From positions 55,738,001-55,802,000 of the forward strand of contig OX597828.1 in assembly GCA_951406725.2 (NCBI GenBank): DNA of 64,000 bases. Reading direction: 5' to 3'. Position numbers and translations under genes: made by a program. The first letter of the stretch is position 1; every line of letters begins with the position of its first letter. A model generated the notes under the pieces. That model was not told where the DNA came from. It made no database searches and worked only from the letters and a program-made list of their open reading frames with translations. Below, in pieces: positions 13,845-26,813 of this stretch. Source of the stretch: Octopus vulgaris. Lineage: Eukaryota.

Positions 13845-14122
13845 TCTCTATTTACCTAGTTTCAGTGGAATACATCCACTTGTTTTCAATAATAGAAATA
13901 TTAAAATTACTAAGTCTCTATAAAAGAGATTACGGCAGCGTTTACTGGAAATTAATTATTATCGCCATATTAATATGGCATTCTTATAGATATAAGAATA
14001 ATCGCTGCCGCTGGTCAGCTCCATGAGGCCACCGCCTTAAGATAGCTATTGATACACGATCTGTATCCATTATAACCTTCGAACAGAGACGTCAGTGGCG
14101 ACACCTGCGGGGTCTGACTGCG

Positions 14123-14124
<2 letters not shown>
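13843..14124 (-). mobile_element. (TA)n-flanked insert with hammerhead-like motif (probable PLE terminal-repeat fragment)
   Basis: Bounded by (TA)n on both sides. Minus strand of 13847-13896 reads TCTATT-A-TTGAAAA-CA-AGTGGA-TGTAT-TCCACT-GAAAC-TAG-GTA-AATAGA. Confidence 0.4.
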
Positions 14125-14177
<53 letters not shown>

Positions 14178-14229
14178 TCTACATATTTGTGTATATGCGT
14201 GAAAGTGTGTGTGCGTGTGTAAGTGTGTT

Positions 14230-14264
<35 letters not shown>

Positions 14265-14582
14265 ATGTGTGTAAGTGAGTGAGTGTGTGCGTGTGTGTGT
14301 GTGCTTACATATCGATGGATGAATAAAATAAATGCTGCTAGCGATGTAAACCACAAAAGTTATAGACAACGATTCAGAAAACAACTTGGTGCAACGCCCA
14401 GAGTTAGTGAAAAGATGAAAGAATTAAAGAATTTATTCTGCACATGCGCGTACCCGCATTCACACTCATATTTAGATGTATATATGTATCTCTATGTATA
14501 TAGGTGTACAGAATTGCGTTTATATATGTGCCTCTGTTTAGTATGTATGATTATATTTTATTTAATAGACATACATATACAT

Positions 14583-14638
<56 letters not shown>

Positions 14639-14977
14639 GTATGTACATATGTATGCATCTGTATACAAGTGTGAGGGAGAAAAAGCTAAGTCACAAAGGT
14701 TATCAGAATACATACTGAAAAGGTCAATGATTCGTATCGTATCGACACTCTGTGGATGATTCCACTTAGCTTTTAGAAGAAAGCATAGAAGAAGGAAACG
14801 CCAGTGCCATAGGAGGAAACTCTGCTGCATTCGACGAGTATAACGCTCGCTCGTAGCAGACAGACAAGACATTAACGCTATCGGTTCTAGAACAAGTTGA
14901 ATAAACTTTAGGAACGAAAACATCATGCGTCTTTGAAAAGAGTTAATATGAAGGAGAACAGGTTCACATCTCTGCCA

Positions 14978-15191
14978 TTGTTTACTTGTTTCAGTCACTG
15001 GACTGTAGCCATCATGCGGCACCGCCTTGGTGGCTTTAGTGGAACAAGTGTATCTCAGTACTTGTCTTTGAGTACTTATTCTATCGATCTCGATTGCTAA
15101 ACTGATAATGGTATGAGACTTAAGCAAGCAAATATCGGTTGTGTTTCAATGATTGAGGAAGAAATATAATGACACCTGCATACACACTCAT

Positions 15192-15233
<42 letters not shown>

Positions 15234-15505
15234 GTATGTATGTATATATGACGGGCATTTTGCTCGGCGAGCTACTGATTCTGCAAACTCGCCGTTCTTT
15301 TATATAAATATATACCAGACGGAATAAGTTTTTTGTTGATCTTACCTTAGCGGGAAAGTAAACTATTTATATACGATGGGCTTCACATCGTTTCCCTATT
15401 CCAAATTCACTCGTAATTTATTAGTCAACACAGGGCTTTGATAGAAGGCACAAGATACCGCGCAGTGGGACTGAATCTGAAAACTGAACCATGCTCTTGC
15501 CTAAA
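14978..15505 (-). mobile_element. SINE family B (degenerate, composite)
   Basis: TTGTTTCAGTCACTGGACTGTAGCCATC..AGTACTTATTCTATCG..ACGATGGGCTTC..CGCAGTGGGACTGAA. Confidence 0.7.
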
Positions 15506-15905
15506 GTGTAACATCTGTGATTAATACTGATTCCAAGTCAATGTATAATTATTTGTGGTTGATATTTTAATGCACCTTCCATAAAATACAAGAACGTATG
15601 CGATCTACGCTTAGTTTGAATGAATCAGCAAGATTTAGAGATTATAATCAATGGTACCCGTAAATGAAACCTCAATTTCTATTAGCTTATGTTTGTTTAC
15701 GGCTATATCACATTGAAAGACAGGTTATCACCCGATCACCGGAGGTAAACAAATTCTACTATAGCTTCGGGCTGACCACAGCCTTGTGAAGATTTGGTAG
15801 ACGGGAGCTAAAACAAGTCCATCATAGACATACATACATACATACCTACATACATACATACATACATACATACATACATACATACATACATACATACATA
15901 CATAC

Positions 15906-16370
15906 AAAACCAAGAAAATGATATTGATTGGGATCACACTCCTGTGGGGAGAGGGATTGTGATGACTCTTACGAATTGATGCGTGCCAAATATGAGAGCC
16001 TTCTGCAGGATTGCAGGGAGAAGGGATGGCAAGCATGGCTTTTGCTATTCGGGGTTGGTTGTAGGGGCGTTCCCTGCTCAGTCGGCATGGAGAGTGCTTA
16101 GAGTCATTGAAATGAGAGGAAGAGAGCGAAGGGTGGCTGTAAGTAGGAGAGGCAGAAAGAACCTGCTGTTGGCTTTGCGGTAACAGAGAGGCGTTGAGCT
16201 GGATGCCAGGAGGAGATGAAGAGCAGTGATTTTGCCGCCTCTGTTGACCCACCAATGGGAGAGTTTCACGGTTCAGGGTCGAAACATCCGATGAAAGTAA
16301 AGTAAGTTGGATACTGTCTGATGATATCAGTTCCTCCTGGCCAAAGCTGCATTCACTTTGGTGAGTCGAC
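15906..16370 (+). mobile_element. Hero-type (RLE) non-LTR retrotransposon 3' end, 5'-truncated next to (TACA)n
   Basis: Frameshifted translation ..YELMRAKYESLLQDCREKGWQAWL..GVGCRG.PAQSAWRVL..EAER.CCWL resembles the Hero-clade restriction-like endonuclease C-terminus (KY..L...C...GW....VEVGCRGF). Confidence 0.75.
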
Positions 16371-16506
16371 AAAGCACCTGTTTCTAGGTATATATGTTAG
16401 TAACACACACACACAAATACACACACGTGTGTGTGTGTGTGTGTTTCTGTGTGTATTAATATGCATACATACATACACACATATATACATACACACATAT
16501 ATACAT

Positions 16507-16583
<77 letters not shown>

Positions 16584-16754
16584 TAAGAAAGTTTGTTTGG
16601 TAAAGCACGTGGGTGAATATATAAGAAAATGGTAAAGAGTGAAAAAACGACAGAAGGCTTAAATGTTAAAAAATATATATATTTGTGTCAAAATGTCTGG
16701 AGAATATTGGGAAAATTTTTTTCCTTTCCTTAAAATGACATAATTTTATAATTT

Positions 16755-17185
16755 TTAAAGAAAATTTTTAAAAAGAAGGTATTGTTTGGCGTCTGTGGCT
16801 TTGTAAAAAATGTCTGTTTCTATTTTAAGGTTAATTTTTTTAATTAGTATATTCAAGAACGGGAGATCCTTTTGGTTGTATTCCATTGTGAACTGTATAT
16901 TTGGGTTTATGCTGTTCAATAGGTTTTTAAATTTTAGGAGTTTATCTATGTTTTCATTCCAGAGAATGAAACAATCGTCTAGGAATCGTTTCCAATTCTC
17001 TTTTATGTATTGAGAGAGGGAGTTTCCAAAGATTGATAGAGATTCCTGGTAAATGATTATTTCCATGTATCCCATTGTTAAGTTCGCAATGACTGGTGCT
17101 GCCCTTGTACCCATAGCAATTCCGGATTTTTGACGGTAAAATGTATTGTCAAACATGAAGTGGTTATTGTGTAGGATGAATTCAA
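16755..17185 (-). pseudogene. PLE reverse transcriptase fragment (inverted segment)
   Basis: QKSGIAMGTRAAPVIANLTM, RFLDDCF (catalytic), IQFTME, LPFLNILI, FYKATD: PLE RT motifs without internal stops. Confidence 0.9.
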
Positions 17186-17186
17186 A

Positions 17187-18062
17187 TACCTTCTTTTTAA
17201 TTCATGCCACCCAAGACACACTAAAAAAAAAATCCCCTTCAACCTTGCAAGAAGGATATGCACAATAGTGTCAGAACAAAATACCAGGAACTTTAGACTG
17301 CAAGAACTCAAAAACACCCTAATTGACAGACATTACCCAGCTCAACTCATAGAGGATGGGATCAGACGTGCAACAGAAATCAACATAGAAACTTTAAGAA
17401 AAGTTCAACACAACAACACACCTTCCCCGAAAATACTACCTTACATATCTACATACAACCCCAGAAACAAAGAAGCCTTCACCATCATCACCCAGAATTT
17501 ACCAATACTTCATAAAAACCCAAAATTAAAGGAAATTCTAAACATACACCAAATCATTAAAAGCTACAAACAGCCTAAATCACTTAAAAAGATTCTCACA
17601 AAGGCTAAATTGTCTTCTGAAATTACGGATGCAAAAGTAAAAAAATGTGGTAGATCGAACTGTGCAACATGTCCTAACCTATTGGAAGGATCAGAATTCT
17701 TCTTTAAAGAGGGACAGAAATTCAAGATCAAATCTAACTTTACTTGTGCCTCTGAAAACATAATTTATGTCATTAAATGCTCGGGCTGCCACCAAGACTA
17801 CGTGGGTTCCACGGGACTATCACTCAGGCGTAGATGCACACTGCATCGACAACAGATTGCATTCCCAGAATATAGAATGATACCTTTTAGTGAGCACATT
17901 GAGAAATGCGCAAAGCAACTACTGCCACAATTTATAATCTTCCCATTTTACCAATGTGCTTTCGGATCATCAACACAAATGAGACTGAACAAGGAAACAT
18001 TCTTCATTGAAAAGTACAAACCCAGACTCAACCATCCGAACATACTGACACAGAGAAATTAA
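17187..18062 (+). pseudogene. PLE RT C-terminus/thumb + Cys linker + GIY-YIG endonuclease
   Basis: Open frame YLLFNSCHPRHTKKKIPFNLARRI..KCGRSNCATC..NIIYVIKC..YVGSTG..RRRCTLH..ETFFIEKYKPRLN; no start codon context because of the inversion. Confidence 0.9.
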
Positions 18063-18195
18063 CAAGGGAAAGGAAAAAATTTTCAAGCGATTATCTCCCT
18101 TACACCGGAAGAAATCACTCACTACCTCCCCTTATTTAGAAATCTCCTGAAAATAAACACAACGATAACTCCATGCAATATAAACATAACGTCAC

Positions 18196-18234
18196 AAGAA
18201 ATTTGAAAAGCTACACGCGAAACCGGTATTTCTT
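18196..18234 (+). ncRNA. Minimal type I hammerhead ribozyme candidate (U3:A8 variant) in PLE tail
   Basis: AAGAAA-T-TTGAAAA-GC-TACAC-GC-GAAA-CCGG-TA-TTTCTT: stem I AAGAAA/TTTCTT, 2-bp stem II, palindromic ACCGGT stem III, GUA triplet. Confidence 0.55.
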
Positions 18235-18439
18235 TAAAAATTTTCTTTAAAAATTATAAAATTATGTCATTTTAAGGAAAGGAAAAAAATTTTTCCAATA
18301 TTCTCCAGACATTTTGACACAAATATATATATTTTTTAACATTTAAGCCTTCTGTCGTTTTTTCACTCTTTACCATTTTCTTATATATATATATATATAT
18401 ATATGTAATGATAGGTATATAAAGGTACGTGTGTATCAT

Positions 18440-18640
18440 CTTCTTGGCTCATCATCACTTAGCAACCGGTGTTAGCTTTTCGACGCCCCCCATAGTGTAG
18501 CGTTTCGGCAAAACAGACCGTCTGGTTTAGTATCTGACTTCAAAAATAAGTACTGTGGTCGAGTCAGTTGACTAAAACGTTTCAAGGCGGTGCTCAAACA
18601 TGGCCGCAGCCCAATGAGTGAAACAAGTAGAAGATAAACG
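18440..18640 (+). mobile_element. SINE family B 3' portion
   Basis: CAACCGGTGTT..TTCGGCAAAACAGACCG..AATAAGTACTG..AAGGCGGTGCTCAAACATGGCCGCAG..GAAACAAGTA. Confidence 0.75.
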
Positions 18641-19841
18641 AACAAAGCAAAAAAGAAAATAAATAAATGAAAAAGAGAGTCGTTTAGTGTACTGTGTATT
18701 GTCGGCCTGTTAAGATTCCACGATAGGGAATTAAACTAGATTTGAAAAGTAAACAGAAGTGAAGTTTTATGAAGCGGTTTTTTCCGTGTTTGACATTCAG
18801 ATATAATGTGTATTTGTTTGCTTATGTTTAAACGTCATCAATTATCTTAATCCACTTATTTAAGTATTAATTCCGCTCGGGAAGTGTTTCTTTCATAGAA
18901 AGGAAAAAAATACGAAGTTTTGAAGGATAAATATTATTGCAATCTTCAGATGAAACCAACGTTTTGTTCTTTTAGTTTTAGCTTTGTTTTATGTAGTTTG
19001 TTTTATGTTTTGTTTGTGCAAATATTGAACTGGTGACATTTTATCAATCGGTGCTGCCATAACAACAATGAAAACAATTAGAAAAGGAAAAAAAAATAGA
19101 AGAAAATACCAGCGGCAAAATGGTAGCAATGAAGACAGCCAAAAATGCAAAGCACCAATCGCCTTCAAAGCAAATATGTACACGAAAAAACACTTAATAC
19201 CTAAAAAGTAATCGAAAGGAAATAGCATATTTAAATTGCAGATGAAGAAAACTTTCGTAAAAGGAAAGAAAAAAAAAGTGGAAAAAAGCAAGAAAACAAT
19301 TAAGTAAATATATACATTCCGATCCAACTCCTTCATCACCGCAGCTATTTATTCCAGCCACCATATCCAACACGCAGCCATCTTTACCACAGCCACCACC
19401 GACATTCTTCCTTCGCTACGCCGACCCCAGTAAAACCAACAAAATTATTACCGCAAAAACATTAAGACTAACAATAATTGCAACAGCAGTCATTGTGTGT
19501 AATACAGACACAAGGAATATCCCAAGAAATAAATATGTGTGTTTGCTTAGAGAGTAAAATAACTCCAGAATAAATACAAACTAAGAAATAATAACGGAAA
19601 ATACGTAAATGGATTGTAAATGCATATAATACACACACACACACACACACACACAAATGTACACAGGAGCACACACATATATATGTATACGTATGTGAAA
19701 TATGTTTTTACATATATACATGCACACAAACTTACACTATGCATACGTAGATAGGTGAGTAGGTATGTACGTTAATATATATGTTTGCATGTGTTTGCAT
19801 ATATATATATACATATATATACTCACACACACGTATATATT

Positions 19842-19894
<53 letters not shown>

Positions 19895-19901
19895 GTATAT
19901 T

Positions 19902-20037
19902 CTTTATTTAAAAACAGCAGAAATATAAGAAAAGCTGTTACTCGGAGTTTCACTGCTTTCAAATAAAGCACATTACTCTACCTCTGGTATTTGAGTATTC
20001 TTTTTTCCACCTTGTTTCAAATTTATGTGCTTACTCC

Positions 20038-20040
<3 letters not shown>
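19902..20040. mobile_element. Short (TA)n-flanked insert with inverted arms and a half-hammerhead (probable PLE tail)
   Basis: Imperfect IR 19902-19923 / 19948-19968; minus strand GAAAC-TCCGA-GTA. Confidence 0.4.
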
Positions 20041-20117
<77 letters not shown>

Positions 20118-20511
20118 TATGTACAAAGTTAATTAGTGTGTATATTCATATATGTTAACACGTTCACTCATATTGGTATAATATATATACACACACATAT
20201 AAATTTATATTTTATGTATGTATGTAAGTTAATTATACAAACAGGAATATCGAATTCAAAACCAGTTTGGTAAGTGCCAACGCAAGATCCTCTCGGACTT
20301 TAAGCAACTCTTTAAATCGTTCCCATTAATAATAATAAAAAAAATATGATTATGTTTATACACATACACACACATATACACACGAACACACACAAACATA
20401 CACACACATATACATACGCATACATATATGCAAGCACACATGCATACATGCGTACGTACATGCACAGGCTTACACTTATTCTCTGTCTTAAACAGACACA
20501 TGTGTATATTC

Positions 20512-20579
<68 letters not shown>

Positions 20580-20619
20580 CTTTATATCTTTTTCCTTCTG
20601 CCTGCCTGCCTGTCTATCG

Positions 20620-20653
<34 letters not shown>

Positions 20654-22327
20654 TTATCATCTATCTATGTATGTATGTATCTATCTATCTCTTTATCGCT
20701 TTGTCAGTCTGTCTGTCTGTTTGTCTATCTTTCTGTCCGTCTGTCTGTCTGTCTATGTATGTACCTATCTATATAGGTAGACAGATAAATGGTGAAAAAC
20801 AAAACGAAGAAAAAGCCATTTGACTCAGTAGCAACTGTTTACTGTAAGATCAACATACAGCTGTATATTTCCCATCAGTTTTTGTTTCAGATCTGCAATT
20901 TCATCGCGGTAACGTTTAGCCTGTTGACATTGCAATTTTGTGCATATGACTTTGTTTATGCTTCACTTTCTTTTGCTATTTCCTCTATTCTTCTCGGATT
21001 TTTCTTCTGGATTGTTATCAATCCGTACGCCATTTTTTTCCTTATTTAGTTCTTCACCTTCTAATTTCCCTTCTTATACTTTCTTTCAAATACTGAAGAG
21101 TGTGTCACCAACAGATATTCATTGATCTCTGTGTACTTTGTTTTTGCTTTTTTTTTTGTTGTTGTATTATACTTTATTATATATTTTTCTATATATTCTA
21201 TTCACGTGCAGTTTTGTTTTGTTTATTTTCATTATTACATATCATATTTACGATACTTTCTATCATGTTAGGCTATTTCTAACTCCTTCGTTTCAAAAAA
21301 TCTTACTTCACCAAAAGACACACTCGTATTTGCATAACGAAATATGAAAAGTAATTATATCAGTTACTCGAATATATATATATATAAATAGAGTTTTGTA
21401 AGAGAACTGTAATAGATCATCCGAGCTCCGAGATAGTGTCTTTCTTCAACTGAGATCTCATTACAATACATACATACATATGTGTATATATATATTTATA
21501 TATATATATATTCATTACAGATATAGTGTGAAAAATTATTAATTCAATAAAATCAACAAATTTCCCTTAGTAGTATTTCGGTATGGAAAAGGACCATAAT
21601 TGGTAAAAACTTATACAAGAATTTTTTTTTATACATATATATAATTATAATATAATCAATATAAGCAACAATGATATCCAGAGGTAATGCAGTACGATCG
21701 TTTCATACGACTCCATTTAATTCAAAAATGCAAACATTACATCAATTTAAAATGTAGAGAAATCTTCATTTTACATTTGATGTCATGTTTGCATTGTTCA
21801 ATTAACTGTATGCTACGAAATCCTCGTCGCCACTTATATATCGCACGTTCGGATCAACTCTACTCTTCTCTACTCTACACGACTCTGCTCTGTTCTACTC
21901 TGACCGCTACTCTACTGTCTTTGTTCTAGTCTACTACTCTCTATATCTACGTATTGGGCTAGTCTACTTCATCGTCTGGGGACGCATACACAACACTTAC
22001 ATTTAAGGAGATTTACGCATATATTTCACTGAGTCAATTAAAGTATGCGTGAAGAAGAAGAATAAACACATAAACGCACAAATGCATACTTATACACACA
22101 CGAATACACGCATATATACATACATGGACATTCTTAAACAAATATATAGGTGCTGAGATAGATATAGATGACAAAGACACACGTACACATTTAGACAGGC
22201 GCAACACATGAAGTATCCCTCACAAAATACAAGTTTCCCAATTGAATCTAAACAGCAAAAAGCAGCGTAACTACACCCAAAAGCTAACATTCCTCAAATT
22301 CAACAAGAGCACATATATATACACATC

Positions 22328-22360
<33 letters not shown>

Positions 22361-22859
22361 GCACACACAAATTCATATAGATACAAATACGCACACATAC
22401 ACACGCACGATTTTACACGCTATATATAGCATAAATTCAATGACGCAATACACATGCAACTGACGTCGAACGCTGCTTTTACACACGTGAAGTGTTATTC
22501 TCGTTCGGCTGTGTTAAAGTCCATTTCGATAATTTTGTTAGCAGGCCACGTGACATTGTGGGAAATGGAGTAATGGACGGTATTGATTTTTTAATTACTC
22601 CAAGACCTTTCATGCATAATAGGCATTGAGATTATATACGACGTTGATATTTCTATCAACACATCGTGCTTATTTTGTCATTTGGTGGACATTAGTGGTG
22701 ATTTAGACAATCAAATGTCTTCAGACCGGAATCGAAACTCGAACTATCAGTGAATACATTGTGAAATTTTCTCTTTTCAACTAACTGCTCCTCGGTAACC
22801 ATCCATTTGGTATCATATTTAATGAAAAAATAAATAAAAAATAAAGCTGGAATATAATT

Positions 22860-22864
<5 letters not shown>

Positions 22865-22890
<26 letters not shown>

Positions 22891-22951
22891 CGATGATGAT
22901 GATGATGATGATGATGATGATAATGATGACGACGAAGACTATGATGATGAC

Positions 22952-22984
<33 letters not shown>

Positions 22985-23165
22985 GATGATGATGATGATG
23001 ATGATGATATTAATGTTGGTAACGAAGAAGAAGATGATGATGATGATGATGATGATGAGGAGGAGGAGGAGGAGGAAGGGGAGGCGAAGGAGGGGGCGGA
23101 TGAAGTGGACGAAATGGAGGAAGCGTAGAAGGATATTAATGACTACGATAATGATGATGATGATC
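22865..23165. repeat. Compound (GAT)n/(GGT)n/(GAG)n trinucleotide repeat
   Basis: Seen directly. Confidence 0.95.
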
Positions 23166-23654
23166 AGCATCATTGTGATGGCGAAGGTGTGACGACAAGG
23201 ATGCTTCTTTCACTGAAAAACTCTGGGGATTTAATTAGCACAAGGAGACAGTCCTTAGGAGACTAGATTTAATCCAATAAATACACGCTTAATTCCGTTG
23301 ATCCCTTATACACATGTAGAAACCAATGTCTACCGCAGTAAATTGTTTTCGTTTCAGAATTTAACAATAAATGGATTTCGTGTTTGAATTTATTTACTAC
23401 GTTGATGCAGAGTTGCTTTTCCTCGTCAACATATCCGAGGATGAATAAAACGGTTTTTTATTGACTTCGGGCAAAGTCGGTGCAGGATTTGTATTTTGTT
23501 TGTTTTTGAATTCAAGGGCATTGTAGAAGAGGGAACTGCGTTATCTACAACTGAAGCTGCGAATATAATTTTTGTAACATAAAAATAACCAAGAATACCA
23601 GAGAATGATACAGAAGAAAAAACAGAAAGGCCAGGTTCATGGCTTGCACTAACA

Positions 23655-23747
23655 CTGCTACTGCTGCTAATACTACCGCAGCTGCTGCTGCTACTACTAC
23701 TACTACTACTGCAGCTGTTGATACTACTACTACTACTACTGCTGCTG

Positions 23748-23830
<83 letters not shown>

Positions 23831-23840
23831 GCTGCTGATG

Positions 23841-23884
<44 letters not shown>

Positions 23885-23900
23885 GCTACTACTACTACTA
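23655..23900. repeat. (CTA)n/(CTG)n trinucleotide repeat
   Basis: Seen directly. Confidence 0.95.
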
Positions 23901-24069
23901 CACACTCTCTCTCTCTGCAATTAATGCAGCATTTATAAATTATCGTTCACTATTTGGCGGAAGTCCTTTCCTCTGCTGGGTGGAATGATATATTTCTGAT
24001 GTTTTTCGCTGACCCCGCTTACTCTTGCTAGGAGTGTGTCGTCCATGTATTTATTATTTATTTCATTTC

Positions 24070-24500
<431 letters not shown>

Positions 24501-24853
24501 ATTTTGATACATTTACGAAGGAAATTTTTTCCTTCGTGTGTGTATCTTCGTTACTGTCTTCGCCAAACAATAATTGCAATTTCAGCGGTTGAAAACGGCA
24601 AAAGACAAACAAAATTAGAGAAAACCCACCAGCGATGATTCGAACGTGGATTCCACATGTGAAACAAATGGCATAGCCAGAGAGAGGAAGAGATTGTGAA
24701 AGACTAAGATGACAATTATTCCTCTGGTAACTGAAGTGGTGTCAAACAGTTATGAAGGTGTGTATTTGTGTGTGTGTGTGTGAGCGTGCGTATGTGTGTT
24801 CATGTCTATGTGTGTGCATGCATGCATGCATGTGTGTGTGTGTGTGAGTGTGC

Positions 24854-24886
<33 letters not shown>

Positions 24887-24994
24887 TGTGTGTGTGTGAA
24901 AATGGGTTGGTTTCTGTCAAAACGACGTTGATCCTTGGTCTGCTGTGTTAGGTCTGGCCTAATGCTAAAAAAAGGGATTAAAACAATCTAATAC

Positions 24995-25233
24995 TCTCTT
25001 TTACTCTTTCACTTGTTTCAGTCATTTGACTGCGGCCATGTTGCAGCACCGCCTTTAGTCGAATCAAATCGACCCCAGAACTTCTTCTTTGTAAGCCTAG
25101 TACTTATTCTATCGGTCTATTATGCTGAACCGCTAAGTTACGGGGACGTAAACACACCAGCATCGGTTGTCAAACGATGTTGGGGAGAAACACAAATACA
25201 CAACACACACACACATATATATATATACATACA

Positions 25234-25286
<53 letters not shown>

Positions 25287-25440
25287 GACGGGCTTCTTTC
25301 AGTTTCCGTCAGCAAATCCACTCACAAGGCTTTGGTCGGCCCGAGGCTACAGCAGAAGATCAAGGTGCCACACAGTGAGACTGAACCCGTAACCATGTGG
25401 TTGGTAAGCAAGCTACTTAACACACAGCCACCCCTCCGCT
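24995..25440 (-). mobile_element. SINE family B, near full length, with internal (CA)/(TA)n
   Basis: Same body as 24.1 kb copy; tRNA-like head on minus strand (GGCTGTGTG..GGTTCAGTC) followed by GGCACCTTG. Confidence 0.85.
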
Positions 25441-26182
25441 TTAATAAACATTAAATAGGAGAATCCGAACCAGTACCATTGCTAATAGAAGCATTCTATG
25501 TTTATCGTAAAAGCAATCACAACCACAACGTAGACACCAGTTTCGGTGTTCTCACGTTCCGATTATCAAAATCAATGATTGCAACATCAAATCATATCCA
25601 CTATTGTTGAATACACAGCATCAACGTTGACTACTGATTGTACTTAAACAAACTCAAAATCCACCAACATCCCTACCACCGCCGTCACATAAACTAAAGC
25701 AACGAGAACTGCAGCAACTGTAGCAATTTTCCAAAGTTTGGTTTGGGAAATGATAAAATTAATTGCAAATAAAATTAATTAGATGGAACTATGAGTGTGA
25801 TAAAGTTTCATATTCAACTAATGATGGAGGATTCCGTCGGCGTTTTAATTGGATAGTAGTAGAAACCTGTGTATGTATGTTCCTGCGGATTCTAATTGAG
25901 TATTAAAATGCATGTGTAATTATATATGGGTGTTTAAATATCTTTATCTGTATTCGTTTATATAATTGTGCGCGTATGACTCACTGAGTGTGTAGTTTAC
26001 GCTTCTTCAGATATCGCTGATATATATGTGCGTGTGTATTTACACACACACACACACACACACGCACACACAGACACAAACACAGGCACACACACACATA
26101 CATACACACAAACACACACACACACACATATATCAGCAATATCTGAACAAGGGTAAACTATATTTATATACATATATATATA

Positions 26183-26530
26183 CGCGGTCTGATCAATAAG
26201 TATCCGGACTGTTGCTATATTAACGAAGCTAGAGCCCTGAGAGTAAAGCCGCTTGACACAGATTCATTTTGTACTCTGCGATGCATGCGCACTAAGTTGT
26301 AACGTTGTAGCTCACGTCCCTTGTTTATAACATTGCTTGGAAGGAAGATGTGTAGCGTATGATCGTCGCATTGACCATGACAGAGAAAGTTGTCATGGCG
26401 ATACCTGCTCAGAGGCCTACACAAAGTTGCAGAAAGTTTATGTATGGTGAAAAGTGCATGAGCCGCAAAAATCGGTTGCACAAGAACTCTTTGATTATGT
26501 CGCGAACGATGAAGGATTTTTGAAAACTTA
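26183..26530 (+). mobile_element. Mariner 5' fragment with internal deletions
   Basis: TA followed by TIR-like CGCGGTCTGATCAATAAGTATCCGGACTG; remnants MTEKV..GDTCSEAYTKLQKVY.EKCMSR (HTH) and ELFDYVANDEGF; no right TIR seen. Confidence 0.6.
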
Positions 26531-26558
26531 GTGGGTCTCTTATAATACTTATACACAC

Positions 26559-26607
<49 letters not shown>

Positions 26608-26610
<3 letters not shown>

Positions 26611-26813
26611 TAATCCAAACAAGAAAACACAGAAAAAAACACAGCAACGCGAGGACGTGGAAGAATTAAAGTATTATTTGACGCTCAGGAAAGAAGGGAA
26701 GGAGGGTTTAAAGTTTCGAGCGGAGCTCTTCGTCGGAAACAAGGAGAAGGAAAGATCCCGAGAAGGGAAGACAGAGAAAAAAATATTTTTGCTGGTGGTG
26801 CTCAAGAGATCAC
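26608..26813 (-). mobile_element. ~210-bp hammerhead-bearing (TA)n-inserted repeat, copy 1
   Basis: Homologous to 46351-46575 and 59174-59365; HHR motif at 26706-26740 on minus strand, with a stem III substitution. Confidence 0.75.

Larger units (their letters stand above)
16582..18388. mobile_element. Penelope-like retroelement (PLE), 5'-truncated, with internal inversion and inverted terminal tails, inserted in (TA)n
   Basis: RT segment on minus strand, RT-thumb + GIY-YIG on plus strand, ~156-bp inverted repeats 16617-16772 / 18233-18388, (TA)n on both flanks. Confidence 0.9.

Noticed and set aside
15728-16372. 214-aa minus-strand ORF
   Set aside because: Antisense to the Hero-type LINE fragment and runs through (TACA)n and a SINE piece
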